Shown here one piece after another: positions 1 through 22,320 of a stretch of 64,000 nt of DNA (the first letter of the stretch is position 1; each line of letters begins with the position of its first letter). Made by a program: the position numbers and the translations under genes. The notes under the pieces were generated by a model, which worked only from the letters and a program-made list of their open reading frames with translations, did no database searches and had not been told where the DNA came from. Source of the stretch: the human T2T-CHM13v2.0 reference genome, Homo sapiens; NCBI RefSeq assembly GCF_009914755.1, contig NC_060943.1. One strand, written 5' to 3'.

Positions 1-79
1 CCTTGGCAACAGAGTGAGACCCTAACTCAAAACAAAAAAACGAACAAATGTGGACTGTAGAACTAGAAACCTGCTCCTG

Positions 80-575
<496 letters not shown>

Positions 576-793
576 TGAGGCAGGGGAAGATAAAGATGGG
601 GGGTGGGACACAGGTAGGGGAAAACAATAAGATGAGTATGTGGTACAGGTGGCTTAAGGTTAGGTGGATCCAAATAATAATGGCTCACCTTTCTTTATTT
701 TTGCCATTGTAGTTTTAAAATAATGACAATATTTATGATTTATTGAGCACCTACTGCATACCAGGCACTGCCTAGATGCTCTGCATTTAGTAG

Positions 794-1104
<311 letters not shown>

Positions 1105-1416
1105 TAGCACTTTATACACCAAAACAATCCCACAGGAGTGGATTTCCTCTCCATTTTATAGGTGAGGGAACTGAGGCTCAGAGAGGGGAAGTAATTTTCC
1201 CAGGGTCACACAGTTGGAGGACGGCCAAGCTGGGATCTGATAGCTACCATTTATCGAGTGGCACATGCACCGGGCGCAGACTTTTGTGTGCATGATCTCA
1301 CTCTGTTCTCGTGATGACTCTGGGCATCTATTACTTTGTGCATTGCATAGAACATGGAAGTTTTGCTCAGAGAGTCCAGCAACATGCTTAAGGCCACCTA
1401 GAGGGTGGATGCGCTG

Positions 1417-1690
1417 GCCAGGTGCAGCAGCTCATGCCTTTGGGAGGCTGAGGCAGGCGGATCACTTGAGGTCAGGAGTTCGAGACCAGCCTGGCCAACA
1501 TGGTGAAACCTTGTCTCTAGTAAAAATACAAAAATTAGCCAGGCATGGTGGTGCATGCCTGTAATCCCAGCTACTCGGGAGGCTGGGGCAGGAGAATGGC
1601 TTGAACCTGGGAAGCGGAGGTTGCCACTGCACTCCAGCCTGGGTGACAGAGCAAGACTCTGTCTAAAAAAAAAAAAAAAAAAAAAAAAAG
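1417..1690 (+). mobile_element. Alu with two internal deletions
   Basis: Alu consensus with poly-A tail; lacks the GTAATCCCAGCAC and AGTGAGCCGAGATCGC segments. Confidence 0.9.
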
Positions 1691-2032
1691 GAGAGAGAGA
1701 GAAAGAGTGGATGTGCTGGAATATAAAGCAAGGTCTGTCTGACTCCAGAGTTTGTGCTCTAATAATAGCCTACACTTACATAGCCCTTTCCATATGCTGG
1801 GCTCTGTTTACAAATACTATCTCATTTAACTCCCACAACATCTATGATGTGGGTACTGTTACTCTTCCTATCACTTTTCAGATGAGGAAAACTGAGGCCC
1901 AGAGAGGCCTAGCCACTTGCTCAGGGTTGTACAGCCCATCAGAGGGCAGAGAGGGGACTGGAACCCAGGCCATGTGGCCCCAGAGTTCAGGCTTTCAGCT
2001 CTAACTACTGTCCCTGTTTTTGTCCCTCACAG

Positions 2033-2098
2033 GATGGGAAGATCGTAGATGATGTCTGGGTGGTGAGACCCCTGTTTGGCCGGAGGATGTACCTCTAG
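2033..2098 (+). CDS. ACP7: Last coding exon of acid phosphatase 7 (purple acid phosphatase-like, PAPL); encodes DGKIVDDVWVVRPLFGRRMYL*
   Basis: Branch-like CTAAC at 2001-2005, pyrimidine tract and CAG acceptor ending 2032; phase-0 frame ends at TAG 2096-2098. The peptide matches my recollection of the ACP7 C-terminus, and ACP7 is the known upstream neighbour of PAK4. Too short for the ORF track. Confidence 0.85.
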   Translation, partial: DGKIVDDVWVVRPLFGRRMYL

Positions 2099-2533
2099 GG
2101 ATGGCGGCAGCTCTCCTCCAGAAGCCTAGGTTTTGCCGCCTTGGCTGCTGTGACCAGAAACTGCCCAGGCCTGGGTGGGGAGTTGGGTGGGCCCTGACTC
2201 CCCTGCCCTCCAGAGGCCCCATGTAGGGTACATGCAGCCCTATGGAGCTGGGGCAGCTGTTCCCTCCTGGAGAGGTGGGAGTCCTGGCTGGCTGTGGAGG
2301 GAGGGCAGGTGTGCGGGCACAGAGTGACACACGGCAGGTTTCTGCTGGCAGGGCCCCACCCTCCTGCATAGCTCTGATCGGGCGAGGTGCCCACGGGGCT
2401 TCAGGAATGAAGAGGCTTAAGCTCTGGCTCCATGGATTCTGCACATCTGCGGGGGATGCCGCTGGGCTTCCTCCTCTCCTGCCCACCTGGCAAGGGCATC
2501 GCCAGGTGGGCACAACCGTCATGACACTACTTA

Positions 2534-2547
2534 CCAGCAGGTGGCGT
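2534..2547 (+). promoter_or_regulatory. CTCF core motif
   Basis: CCAGCAGGTGGCGT matches the CCASYAGRKGGCRS consensus at 13/14 positions; binding cannot be shown from sequence. Confidence 0.5.
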
Positions 2548-2794
2548 CAGGGGCTTTTTCTTCTGAGCCCGGCACTGAGAGTTGGTCTGAAGCCTGGCTC
2601 CTTCTTCACTGCTCCAGGACTGCTATGAAGAGTCCCTTCATGCCTCAGTTTCCCAGCCTGGCACCATCTTATTCGGGAAGAGGAGACGTGTTAACACTCT
2701 TGCCTCCTAGCTAGGACAGATGACAAACCGCAAGAGCCACAGACTTGCCAGTTCCTTCCCTCTTTCCTTCCTTTCTTTCCCTTCTTTTATTTAT

Positions 2795-3744
<950 letters not shown>

Positions 3745-4839
3745 CTATTCCCCCGTCATGGGGCGCGGTTTCTGCCTCCACAGATTTCATTCCCTCCCAC
3801 CCTCCCCTCACTTGGCCCAAGGCACGCAGGACTCCTTGCCGTTCCTGGAACACAGCCAGCTCTTTCTCACTGCGGGGCCTGGGCGCTGGCTGTCTGCCCC
3901 CTGTGTACCCTCTCCCCAGCTCATCCCAGGCTGGCGCCTTCTCAACCTCAGGTCTCAGACTCGGTGTCCCCTCCTCAGAGGCCTTCCCTGCTGACCCCAG
4001 CTAAAGTAGCCTGTGTTGCTGCCTGCCCCACCCCCGTTTTACTTCGATCTGCAATTCTTTCCTTGATTGGTTAACTTGTTCATTGGCTGTTTACACCCGT
4101 AAAGCTAAGTCTGTGAGGGTGGTGACCATGAGTTCAACGCCTCTGCCAAATCCTCCCAGGCCCCTTCTTGGGCTGGATTGGGGACTCTGGGCTCCCCGCT
4201 AGTTCCAGTCCTGCGCATTCTAGGCCATCACCGTTTGGGGATGGGTCTCTCTGACTCCCCCACTGGACTTCAACCTCAGAGGGATGGGGCCCAGAGCTGC
4301 GTCCCAGCATTGCCCAGCACAAGATAGATACTTAATAAATATTGATTGCCTTAATGAAGGCCACCACATGCCAGGCTCCAGCCGGGCAATGCCAGGGACA
4401 GCGATGAATCAGCTACAGTCATGCCCTCTGGGAGCTCGCAGGCAGGCAGGGAAACACGGTTACTCAACACAGGTGATGAGCAGTAAGAGAATCCCGTGGC
4501 GGGCCGGGCCAAGACGGTGAGGTCACAAGCTGGACGGTCATGGAGTGCTGTGGCCGCCGACTGAACTGGTGCCCTGTGTGGGTCTGGCATGCCCTGTCCC
4601 GGGCTGGGTGAGGCTGTGGACATGCCGGGAGGTGGCAACCTCCACAGAGGGCAGAGGTCAGACACTGGAGTCAAACAGAAACTGGTTCAAATCCCAGCCC
4701 CACCAATTCCTGTGTGACCATGGGCAAGTCGGCAACCCTCTCTGAATCTCTGTTTCTTCATCTATAACCCAAGAATGATAATACTCTGTGAGGCTGCCTT
4801 GGGGTTAAATGAGATTGAAAGCCTTGGGATCGATATTGA

Positions 4840-5584
<745 letters not shown>

Positions 5585-5661
5585 TGACTCCCTTTATCCC
5601 CCCCTCAGGCCTTTGCTCAGTGCCACCCTCTCTGACCCTCTTGTTTAAAACAGCTCCACCT

Positions 5662-6771
<1,110 letters not shown>

Positions 6772-6784
6772 TCAAGACACTGAG

Positions 6785-7101
6785 GGCTGGGAGCGATGGT
6801 TCATGCCTATAATCCCAGCACTTTGGGAGGCCAAGGTGGGCGGGTCACCTGAGGTCAAGGAGATCAAGACCAACCGGAGGTCATCGGGCTGGCCAACATG
6901 GTGAAACCCCGTCTCTAGTAAAAATACAAATTTAGCTGGGTGTGGTCATGCACACCTGTAATCCCAGCTACTTGGGAAGCTGAGGCAGGAGAATTGCTTG
7001 AACCTGGGAGGCAGAGGTTGCAGTGATCCAAGATAGCACCACCTGCACTCCAGCCTGGGTGACAGAGCAAGATTCCATCTCAAAAAAAAAAAAAAAAAAA
7101 A
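6785..7101 (+). mobile_element. Alu with a short non-Alu insertion at ~6872-6888
   Basis: Alu consensus with poly-A tail. Confidence 0.9.
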
Positions 7102-7543
7102 GCATTTAGATCTTGTGACCCACTATATAGATACATGTTTGATTATTTTTTTCCTTTTCTCCCCCAAGAGAATGTGAGCTCCCTGGACAACAGGGTTTTT
7201 TTGTTTGTTTGTTTTTTGCCAGTTCTGTCACCTGCTGTTACCTTGGTCACTGGTATATAGTAGGTGCTCAATAAACATGGTTTACGTGGAAGAAAGAAGG
7301 AATGAGAAATAAAGGTAAGCTTAGCACAGGGCCTGGCACTGAGGGATGCTTATCAGTAGGAATGACAGTGACTTAGGTGACTCAGATAAAGGCTCAGCCC
7401 TCGGGAGCTCCCCGTGGCTGGGTGCGCAGCAGACAGGCACGCAGGACTGGTTGCAACACCTGCCCTGTGTGACGTGCACAGGAAGTTGCAGGTTGCAGGG
7501 CCAGAGACCCTGAAGCTTCTGAGAGGCGAAGCTGAGCAAGGTC

Positions 7544-7846
7544 TTTTTTTTTTTTTTTTTTTTGAGACAGGGTCTCACTGTGCCGCCCAGGTTGGAGTGC
7601 AGTGGTGCAATCATGGCTCACTGCAGCCTTGGCCTCCCCAGGCTCAAATGATCCTCCCACTTCAGCCTCCCGAGTATCTGGAACTACTAGGCGTGCCACC
7701 ATACCCAGCTAATTTTTGTATTTTTTGTAGAGATGGGGTCTTGTTATGGTGCCCAGGCTGGCCTCCAACTCCTGGACTCAAGCAATCAGCCAGCCTTGAC
7801 CTTCCAAAGTGTTGGGATTACAGGCGTGAGCCACCACGTCCCCCGC
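7544..7846 (-). mobile_element. Alu (AluJ-like)
   Basis: Poly-T followed by reverse Alu consensus. Confidence 0.9.
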
Positions 7847-8025
7847 CACAAGGCTTTCAAAGGCCGCACAGATGCCTACGCTGCAGGCTGGGGTTGGGAG
7901 GTAGCGGGTGGTCCCAGAAAGGGAAGCAGGGCCACGGGGAGAGCTCATGGGAAGGCTGGGGGATCCATGGGGCTCTGGATTCATTCATCAATAAGTATTT
8001 ATTTATTAAACTCCTTTGTTGCTCA

Positions 8026-9497
<1,472 letters not shown>

Positions 9498-9859
9498 GCA
9501 TCTTATATTTTTATTGGCTAAATTTGGCCATCCTAAGATTGAGCAAGGGGGACATGGAGGGAGATGAGAATAGAGCATGTGGAGTGGGCAAAAAGTTGAG
9601 AAGGAGACTCGCAGATCCTACAAACACAGCCAAAGAGACAAACCTCTTGGAAGTTTTTTGCAAGGGCTTCTGTTATATGGGCTCCCTCCTTGGACAGGAG
9701 TCCCTCCTCCCAGCCCCTTCCTCCCTCCAGATCTTCAGTGCTTCTTTTCAGCAAATTTTAAAAATGGTAATAGTTTTATTTTATTTCAGGTGAGAAAGCA
9801 ACACACTCATTGCTAAAAATATATAAACTCAAACCATGCAAAAAAGAATAAAGCAGACA

Positions 9860-9992
9860 CAAACATGATAGTTATGTGAGGTAATGCATATGTTAATTAG
9901 CTAGAGTTAGTCATCCCAAAATGTATATATACTTCAAACATCGTGTTGTACACGTTAAATACATACACTTTTATCTGTTAATTTTTAAAAAG
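9860..9992 (+). mobile_element. L1M 3' terminal fragment
   Basis: ATGTGAGGTAATGCATATGTTAATTAGCT...TGTATATATACTTCAAACATC..GTTGTACAC is typical of L1MA/MB 3' ends. Confidence 0.7.
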
Positions 9993-9994
9993 AG

Positions 9995-12428
<2,434 letters not shown>

Positions 12429-13461
12429 TAATATTACATATAAAAAGCAATAGTTATAATAAACATTAAAATAGTACTTACTAATGATGAATATTTGCAT
12501 ATATACACCTTTATCTATGTTTTTTTCCTAAAGAAAGCAACACTAGTCTTTCTTTCCCTTTAAGATCAGTTCCTAGAAGTAGAATTGCTGTATCAAGAGG
12601 TAGATAGGAATATTAAGTCTCTTAATAAATATCACCAAAAAGCTGCCCAGATCCAGTCCACAGTGGGGTATGAGAGTGCTGATGGCGTGTACTCTCATCA
12701 GCACTAATTATATATTATAATATATTAATATTTAAAAACATTTTTCTGAGAGACCAAAAGCAAATCTCAGTTTAATACTTATTTCATTAATTGCTTGTTC
12801 ACCAATTCAATTTTTTTGTATTCACTGTTATTTATTTATTTATTTATTTTAGGTCCTTTGCCTGTTTTTTTCTGTTGTATGTTTACCTTTTTCTCTTATT
12901 GATCTGCAGATGTTCTTTACATATGAAAGACAGAAAGCTTTTCTTGCCATCCATATGTCACAACTTATCTTTTTCCTTGATGTACTGAAATGTATCATTT
13001 TTATGAAGCCAAATCCTCTTCACCCTCCTCGCCTTTTTCCATCCCTCAAGAGTCACCTCCTCAACATCCCCACTGGGAAGCCTTCTGTAGGAGGCTCTTT
13101 GGAGTCTGATTTTCCTCTCCCAGGGTCCTGGAGTAGCAGGGCCTGATTGCTCACCCTGAGTAAGCCCTTGGGGTAGATCTGTCCCTGGGATTGTTCCAGG
13201 GGTCTGACTATTGATGCAATCCCCAACTAAGTTACAAGGGGACTTCCCCAAAAATGAGTTCTAGAACCTAAGGCTCTGAAGTTTGTGCAGGGCGTTAAAG
13301 AGGCAAAGGCTGCACCTGCCCCTCCTCCCGTTACTATGACCTGAATAAGGTGTTGTCATCTCAGCTCCTGGTCTTGGTTTTTTGTTTTTTTTTTTAATGA
13401 AGATTCTGCAAGACACACAAGCATTTCAAAAGAGTGCAAAAACAAGAATGTTTCATGCTGA

Positions 13462-14103
<642 letters not shown>

Positions 14104-14434
14104 CCCAGTGCTGACAAGGATTCTTTAAAGGGCGCATTCTCTCTGAAGGCTGGTGGGAGCGTGAGTTGGATCCCTACAGCACAATTTGGCAATGTGTGTC
14201 CCAGGCCATGAGGAGGCAGCAGAGGGCAGTCAATGAGAACAGTGCCCGGGAGTCAAAGCTGGGTTTGCCCCATTGGTCCTTGAGTTTGAGCAAGTGAAGT
14301 TACTTCTCTGAGCCTCAGTTTCCTCCTCTGGAAAAGGGATGAATATTCACAGCTTTAGCTGTTACAATTACATGGCTTAGCACCCTGCTTCCTGATGCAC
14401 AGAAATGCTTGAAACATGGGAACTGTTACTATTC

Positions 14435-17145
<2,711 letters not shown>

Positions 17146-17244
17146 ATTTTTAAAGATGTCTGCTGTTTGTTTTCAATATTTTGACCAATTACTTCGTAAA
17201 AACTTATTTAAAAATTGAAGAGCAAACAGTCTCAGGTTCCCGGG

Positions 17245-17440
17245 CTCAGACAGACCAGCGTTCAAAACTCATTACCTTCTTTCTATGATGCTAAGCCAGC
17301 TATTTCACCCTCTGAACCTCTGTTTCTTTATCTGTAAAATGGGTATTAATGATATTATACCACAGGGTTGTATATGCAGCGAGAAAATGCAAGTAAAACA
17401 CTTATCCCGGTGCCTGCCTCCTAGTAAGTGCTTAAGAACT
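17245..17440. mobile_element. MIR
   Basis: TCTGAACCTCTGTTTCTTTATCTGTAAAATGGG core. Confidence 0.75.
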
Positions 17441-17769
17441 GTTTCTGCCCATTAACTCATTACTTTCTCCCAGCCCCTAACTCCTTCTGGGGGGGAAGTT
17501 AGAAAATCGGTATCACACGAAAACAGTCATTTCCCCTTTAAGGACCTCAGTGGGCCGGGAGCCAGCCTTCCCGCACCTTTTCCAAAATTTCCAATCCCCG
17601 CTTGGCATTTTCTGCCCGAAGGTCTCCGATTGGACGCTCTGTACCAATCGGAGGCTGGAGCGGGCCCTGAGAGGCGCCCGACTCCGCCCCCGCACTGGCC
17701 CTGCCCACTGCCCGGTCAGCCTCGTTGCTATGGGGACTGGTGGGCGGTGAGGGGGGAAAGCCCCGGATG

Positions 17770-17898
17770 TTCGTTGGGGATTCAACATGGCGGCGGGAGT
17801 GTCCGCGGTGGTGGCGGTGCAAGAGAGCTGAGGGAGGCGCGAGGGCGCGGAGTTCCAGGTCGAGCAGTTAGGCCGCGAGCGACTGCGGCGCCGAGCCG
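17770..17898 (+). other. PAK4: PAK4 non-coding exon 1 (5' UTR; TSS approximate)
   Basis: Lies just downstream of the promoter motifs and ends at donor CCG|GTAGGA (GT at 17899-17900); it is the only promoter-like CpG island upstream of the PAK4 ATG exon. Confidence 0.8.
17787..17831 (+). other. Upstream ORF in PAK4 exon 1, MAAGVSAVVAVQES*
   Basis: ATG at 17787 in context AACATGG (A at -3, G at +4); TGA at 17829-17831. Confidence 0.6.
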
Positions 17899-20800
17899 GT
17901 AGGATAAGGGGTCCGGCCAGGGGCTTGCGGTGGGCCGGGCGCTGGCGGCGGGACGGCGTTTCCGCGAGGAGGGGGGCGGGGCCGCCGGGGTCAAAGGTCA
18001 CTGGTGGAGGGAAGGGTCGCGTCCGAGGGGTCGGGGGTTAACGCAGACTGGAGGGAGTTGTAGTGGAGGTCGGAGATCAAACCAGCGAAGGGGGCGTGGC
18101 GAAGGGGAGTGCAAAGTTTGAAATTCGAAGTGGGGGCGCGTTCGAGGGGTTCTGGGCGAGTCTCAAAAAAGGCAGGGTCAAAGTTAATAATTTGAGGGAA
18201 GGCTGCCCCCACGAGGGTCAGAGGTCACAGCCCCAGGGGCGCCAGGTTGGAGGTTTAAAGCTGCCCCTAGCGGAGCAGATGAATGAGTTTTAGGTTCGGG
18301 GGCGTCTTTTAGGGGTTCAAAGCTGGGGCGTGCCTAGAAGGTACAAAGGTGAGAATCTGACAGCGGGGCAGCTGTTTCCCAGAGTCAAAAATTAAAACCC
18401 AAGGAGGGCGTATTGCGGGGGACGGGGAGGGGGGGGGCGGGGTCAGAGATGCTTCCTGGTGACAGGAGAAGGGGGAACCCTCCCACAAATAATAATGGCA
18501 AACACTCATGAAACACTATGGGCTAGACCCTCTTTTTAACGCTTTACTTGTATGAGCTTATTCAGTCCTCACTATAGTCTTAGGGGGTCTTAACCTGGTA
18601 TTAAGAGGTTAAGTGATTTGCACAAGGTCACCCGATGCATAAGTTGTGCGCTGGGATTCTAACTCCGGAGTTCTGGCCCAGAGCCCTGCTCTGGCCGACC
18701 GCCTCTCAAATCATCATAATGTCGGTTAATGTTTAATGAGGGCTCACACTGTGCTCCACGCCCTGTGTGCCCGGTCGTATTTCACTCTTGCTGCAATCTT
18801 GTGAAGTGAGTGCTCAAGATGAACCTACTTTACAGACGGGAAAAATGAGGCTCAGAAGCTTCTGCTGAAGGCAGAGTTAGAATCGAAGCTGGGCCTGGGT
18901 GATTCCAGGGCTCCTGCCCCTGGTCGCCACATTGTCCGCTGCCAGCCATTAGGTCTCTCCTGGAAGCAGGGGGCTGGGCAGGGCTGGGCCACTCCCTGGG
19001 CGGATCGGATTGTCTGCTTGGTTTCCTTGGAAGGGTGTGATCTGGCAGGGAAGATTCCTGTGAGCCTATGGGAGTAGGGTGTTTGTAGGTGGTCTGGAGT
19101 CCGAGCAAGGGAGTCCGACGGGCTTCTGACTGGGGAGAGTGTCCCTGGGTGGTACCCTGGGCAGAGCGGGGTGTTCACTGTTCTTAAAACCCTAAGCTCT
19201 CACTGTGGTCCTTAGTCACTCCCACCTCACTTCTTATGGCTCTGCCCATTTCTCCCCAGCCCCTTTACTGTTCTCCAATTCCAGGCCCATGCCTCCCGCC
19301 CGGTCTTTGACCTTCCTGTTCCTTCTGCTGGGAATCCTTTCCCCACCCTGCCCTCTCTCACTGACGGGTCGCTCACTCTCAGCTGGCCCGGGACCACCCT
19401 GGCTCGCCTTGCTGCAGGCTCTTTTTCTCTCATCTGACCAGCCCTTACCTCCCTCCTTACCTTAATTATTAGGGTGCATGGTGGAATTGCTCTGTGGGGT
19501 TCCTTGCCTCGGTCCCCACTGAAGCCCTGCCTGGCCTGCAGAGGATGTGACATTGCTGGGGGTTGACTGTTGGGCACTGTGCCGGGTGCTGGGAGTGTGG
19601 CAGGGGACGAGATCCACAGAGCCCCTAGCCTCAGAGGGCACTCAGTTCCCTGGTGGGAGCAGAGTGGAACCAGCCCCCAAGCCAGTGACACAAGACTGCG
19701 TCTCTGCAAACGGTGATGTGGCTTGCGAGGGCATCTTCAGAGAGCCGGGAGAGTGCCCCTACCCTGGGCTGAAGCCTGAGTCCCTTTCCCCTGGGAAGGC
19801 TCTGAAGGATGGGGAGGAGGGCTGGGAATGGGCTTACCAGGCAGGAGGAGCAGTGTGTGCAGAGGCCCTGGCATGACTGGAGGTCAGGACTCGGGTGCAC
19901 AGTTGGGGATCTGGGCAACACGTAGCCTGTGCAGGTTCAGGGCAAGACCCTGAGGGGACTCAGCTTTGGAGGGACGGTGGGAGCAGGGGAGGGCTGAAGA
20001 GTACCTGTATGTGTGGAGCTGCCTGAGGCCTTGATGGAGCGTGATTCAGAAAGCAGTGCTGGGCCAGAGATGCCTGGTACACACCCCTCTCCATCACTCA
20101 CAGAGCATGTGAGGACCTCCGTTTCCACTTCTGCAAGATGGGCATAGTGTTAGCGCTGCCTCATAGAATTGCTGTGAGGATGCAGGCTAGAGAGCCTTGG
20201 CCCAAGGCCTGGCATACAGTAGTTGCTGTGTAAGCATTAGTCTTGCTGCTGCTGCTGCTGCCACCCCACCACTGCCTGGGGAGGGCCTCAGAGACAGTGG
20301 AGGCCCTCGCTCCACCTGCCTCCTGGCTTTCTCTGGCAGCCACCCCATCCCTACCTGGCTCTGGCAGGGTCAGGGAGCCGGCACACTGCCAGGCAGCCCT
20401 CTGAGGCTGGCCCAGCCTCCCAGCCTTGCAGTGCCAGCTCACTCAGCATCTCAGGGTTTGGCACAGATAAAGAAGGATAGGGTTTGGGCATTGGAGACCC
20501 ATATTCAGGTCCCTCCCTTGTCACTTACCAGCCATGGGACAAATGATTTATTTGCCACTTTTATTCCTTCAACACGTTTGGCTAGGGGAAAAAGGGCTTT
20601 CAGTATAATGAAACACTCATGCATCCGGCCATCGTCTGGCCTGGGACAGAACACACCGTGATACAGTTAGAGGCCAAGGGTCTCCTCCTCACCCCCCCTC
20701 CTCCCTCCCTTCCAGGGGCAGCCTCTGTCCTGGGTGTGGCAGTCACCATTCCTCTGCAGCCTTTCATACTTTGACTGCCCTTGAATGTATTCACCAACAG

Positions 20801-22044
20801 TAGAGCAACAGCTCTTGCCCCTGGCTGCACATTGCAACTCCCTGGAGAGCTTTGAAAAGATGCCTTGGCCCAGGCCCGCCATGGAAATTCTGCTTCCAAC
20901 TTACTTGGTCTGGGCTGGGGCTGGCCTCAGGCTTTTGGAAGCTCCCTGGGCAGTTCTTATGGCCAGCAGGGGCTGACGACTGTTGTTTCACAGTTCAGAT
21001 AAATGGTGTCACCATAAACATGCCTTTCTGCAAGTTGCTGTTTTTGTTCAACATTATAGGTATATTTGAGATGGGATCTTGCTATGTTGCCTAGACTGGA
21101 CTCTTAACTCCTGGGCTCAAGCTATCCTCCCACCTCAGCCTCTGGAGTAGCTGGGATTACAGGCGCGCACACCTGCTCCCCGCTTTGAGCTGAGCATTGG
21201 AGTCTGGATGTCTCTTGGTGGGGATGTGTGTAGGCCTGGGACAGGCCATTTGTTTTTCCTGATGGTGTTTCTTTTTGTGATCGTGTCACACAGGAGTTGC
21301 CTGTTCACCTGTTGATGGCCACTGAGGTGGTCCGTTGGAGCTATAACCGTGCAGCAATGGGCCTTCTGGAACGCGTGTTCCTGTAGACCATGGCCAGAGT
21401 CTCTCTGGCATATGCCTAGTAGTGGAAAAGCCGGAGCTCCCCGCTTTCCTAGCGGTTGCCAAGTCATGCCCCCAGTGGCTGGACCACTGTGCTCCCCAGC
21501 AGGCTCCGGGGCTCCCTTTATTTCAAGTCCTGCTTTGGGCAGCTTTGTGGCCCTCACTGAAACGATTTCCTCGGCCGTGACATGGGAGGTTTATGGGCCC
21601 ACCCACCCACCCACCAGGCTGTTTGGAAACAGATGGGGAGATGGTTCACACAACTGGCTTAGCTGGGACCTCGTCCCCACTGACTCCCTACAACCACAGG
21701 AGAAGAAAGGATGGAAGGGCTTTCACCTTTACCCCCTTGGGCATCCAGGACGGTGACTGCAGCTTTGCCCCAACTGCCCTTGGGGGCAGGTGCCAGGGGT
21801 GACAGCTGGGAAAGAGAACTATACTGATTCAAACCTCTCAGGAGGGAGGCAGGGAGGACGGAGGTGAAAGTTGGAGGATGGGTGAGGCCTTGTAACATTC
21901 TTTCTGTGTATCTGACTGTTGGTCCCAGTGGTAACCAACACAGCCCAGCTCTACCCTTGTAGATTATAGTACAGTGAAGGAGACAGACCTGCTGTCCCCA
22001 GACGGTGACAGCCCAGAGAGGCCAGGGCTGTGAAGGAGAGGCCT

Positions 22045-22320
22045 AGGCGAGGGTCAGGGCGGGATGTGGGGGGGACCCAGGCAGAAGGGTCAGGGCGGGA
22101 TGTGGGGGGGACCCAGGCAGAGGGGTCAGGGTGGGGTGGTGGGACCCAGGCAGATGGGTCATGGCGGGATGGGAGCGGGGACCCAGGCAGAGGGATCAGG
22201 GTGGGACTGGGGGGGACCCAGGCAGAGTGGTCAGAGAAGGATGGGGAAACCCAGGCAGAGGGGTCAGGGCGGGATGGGGAAACCCAGGCAGAGGGGTTGG
22301 GGCTGGATGGTGGGGAGGGG
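22045..22320 (+). repeat. G-rich minisatellite, ~33-37 bp unit, about 7-8 copies
   Basis: Core ACCCAGGCAGA recurs at ~22075, 22111, 22144, 22181, 22216, 22249, 22282. Confidence 0.9.

Larger units (their letters stand above)
17540..18330. promoter_or_regulatory. PAK4: CpG island / TATA-less promoter of PAK4
   Basis: Abrupt rise in GC and CpG. CCAAT boxes (17591, 17629 reverse, 17644), GC boxes (17684-17689, 17742-17747), RFX X-box-like GTTGCTATGGGGAC (17724-17737), ETS CCGGATGT (17763-17770), YY1-like CAACATGGCGGC (17783-17794). Confidence 0.9.

Noticed and set aside
17513-18212. ORFs on both strands over the CpG island (e.g. 162 aa, minus strand)
   Set aside because: GC-rich stop-codon depletion, low-complexity Arg/Pro/Gly content, non-ATG starts, no recognisable domain.
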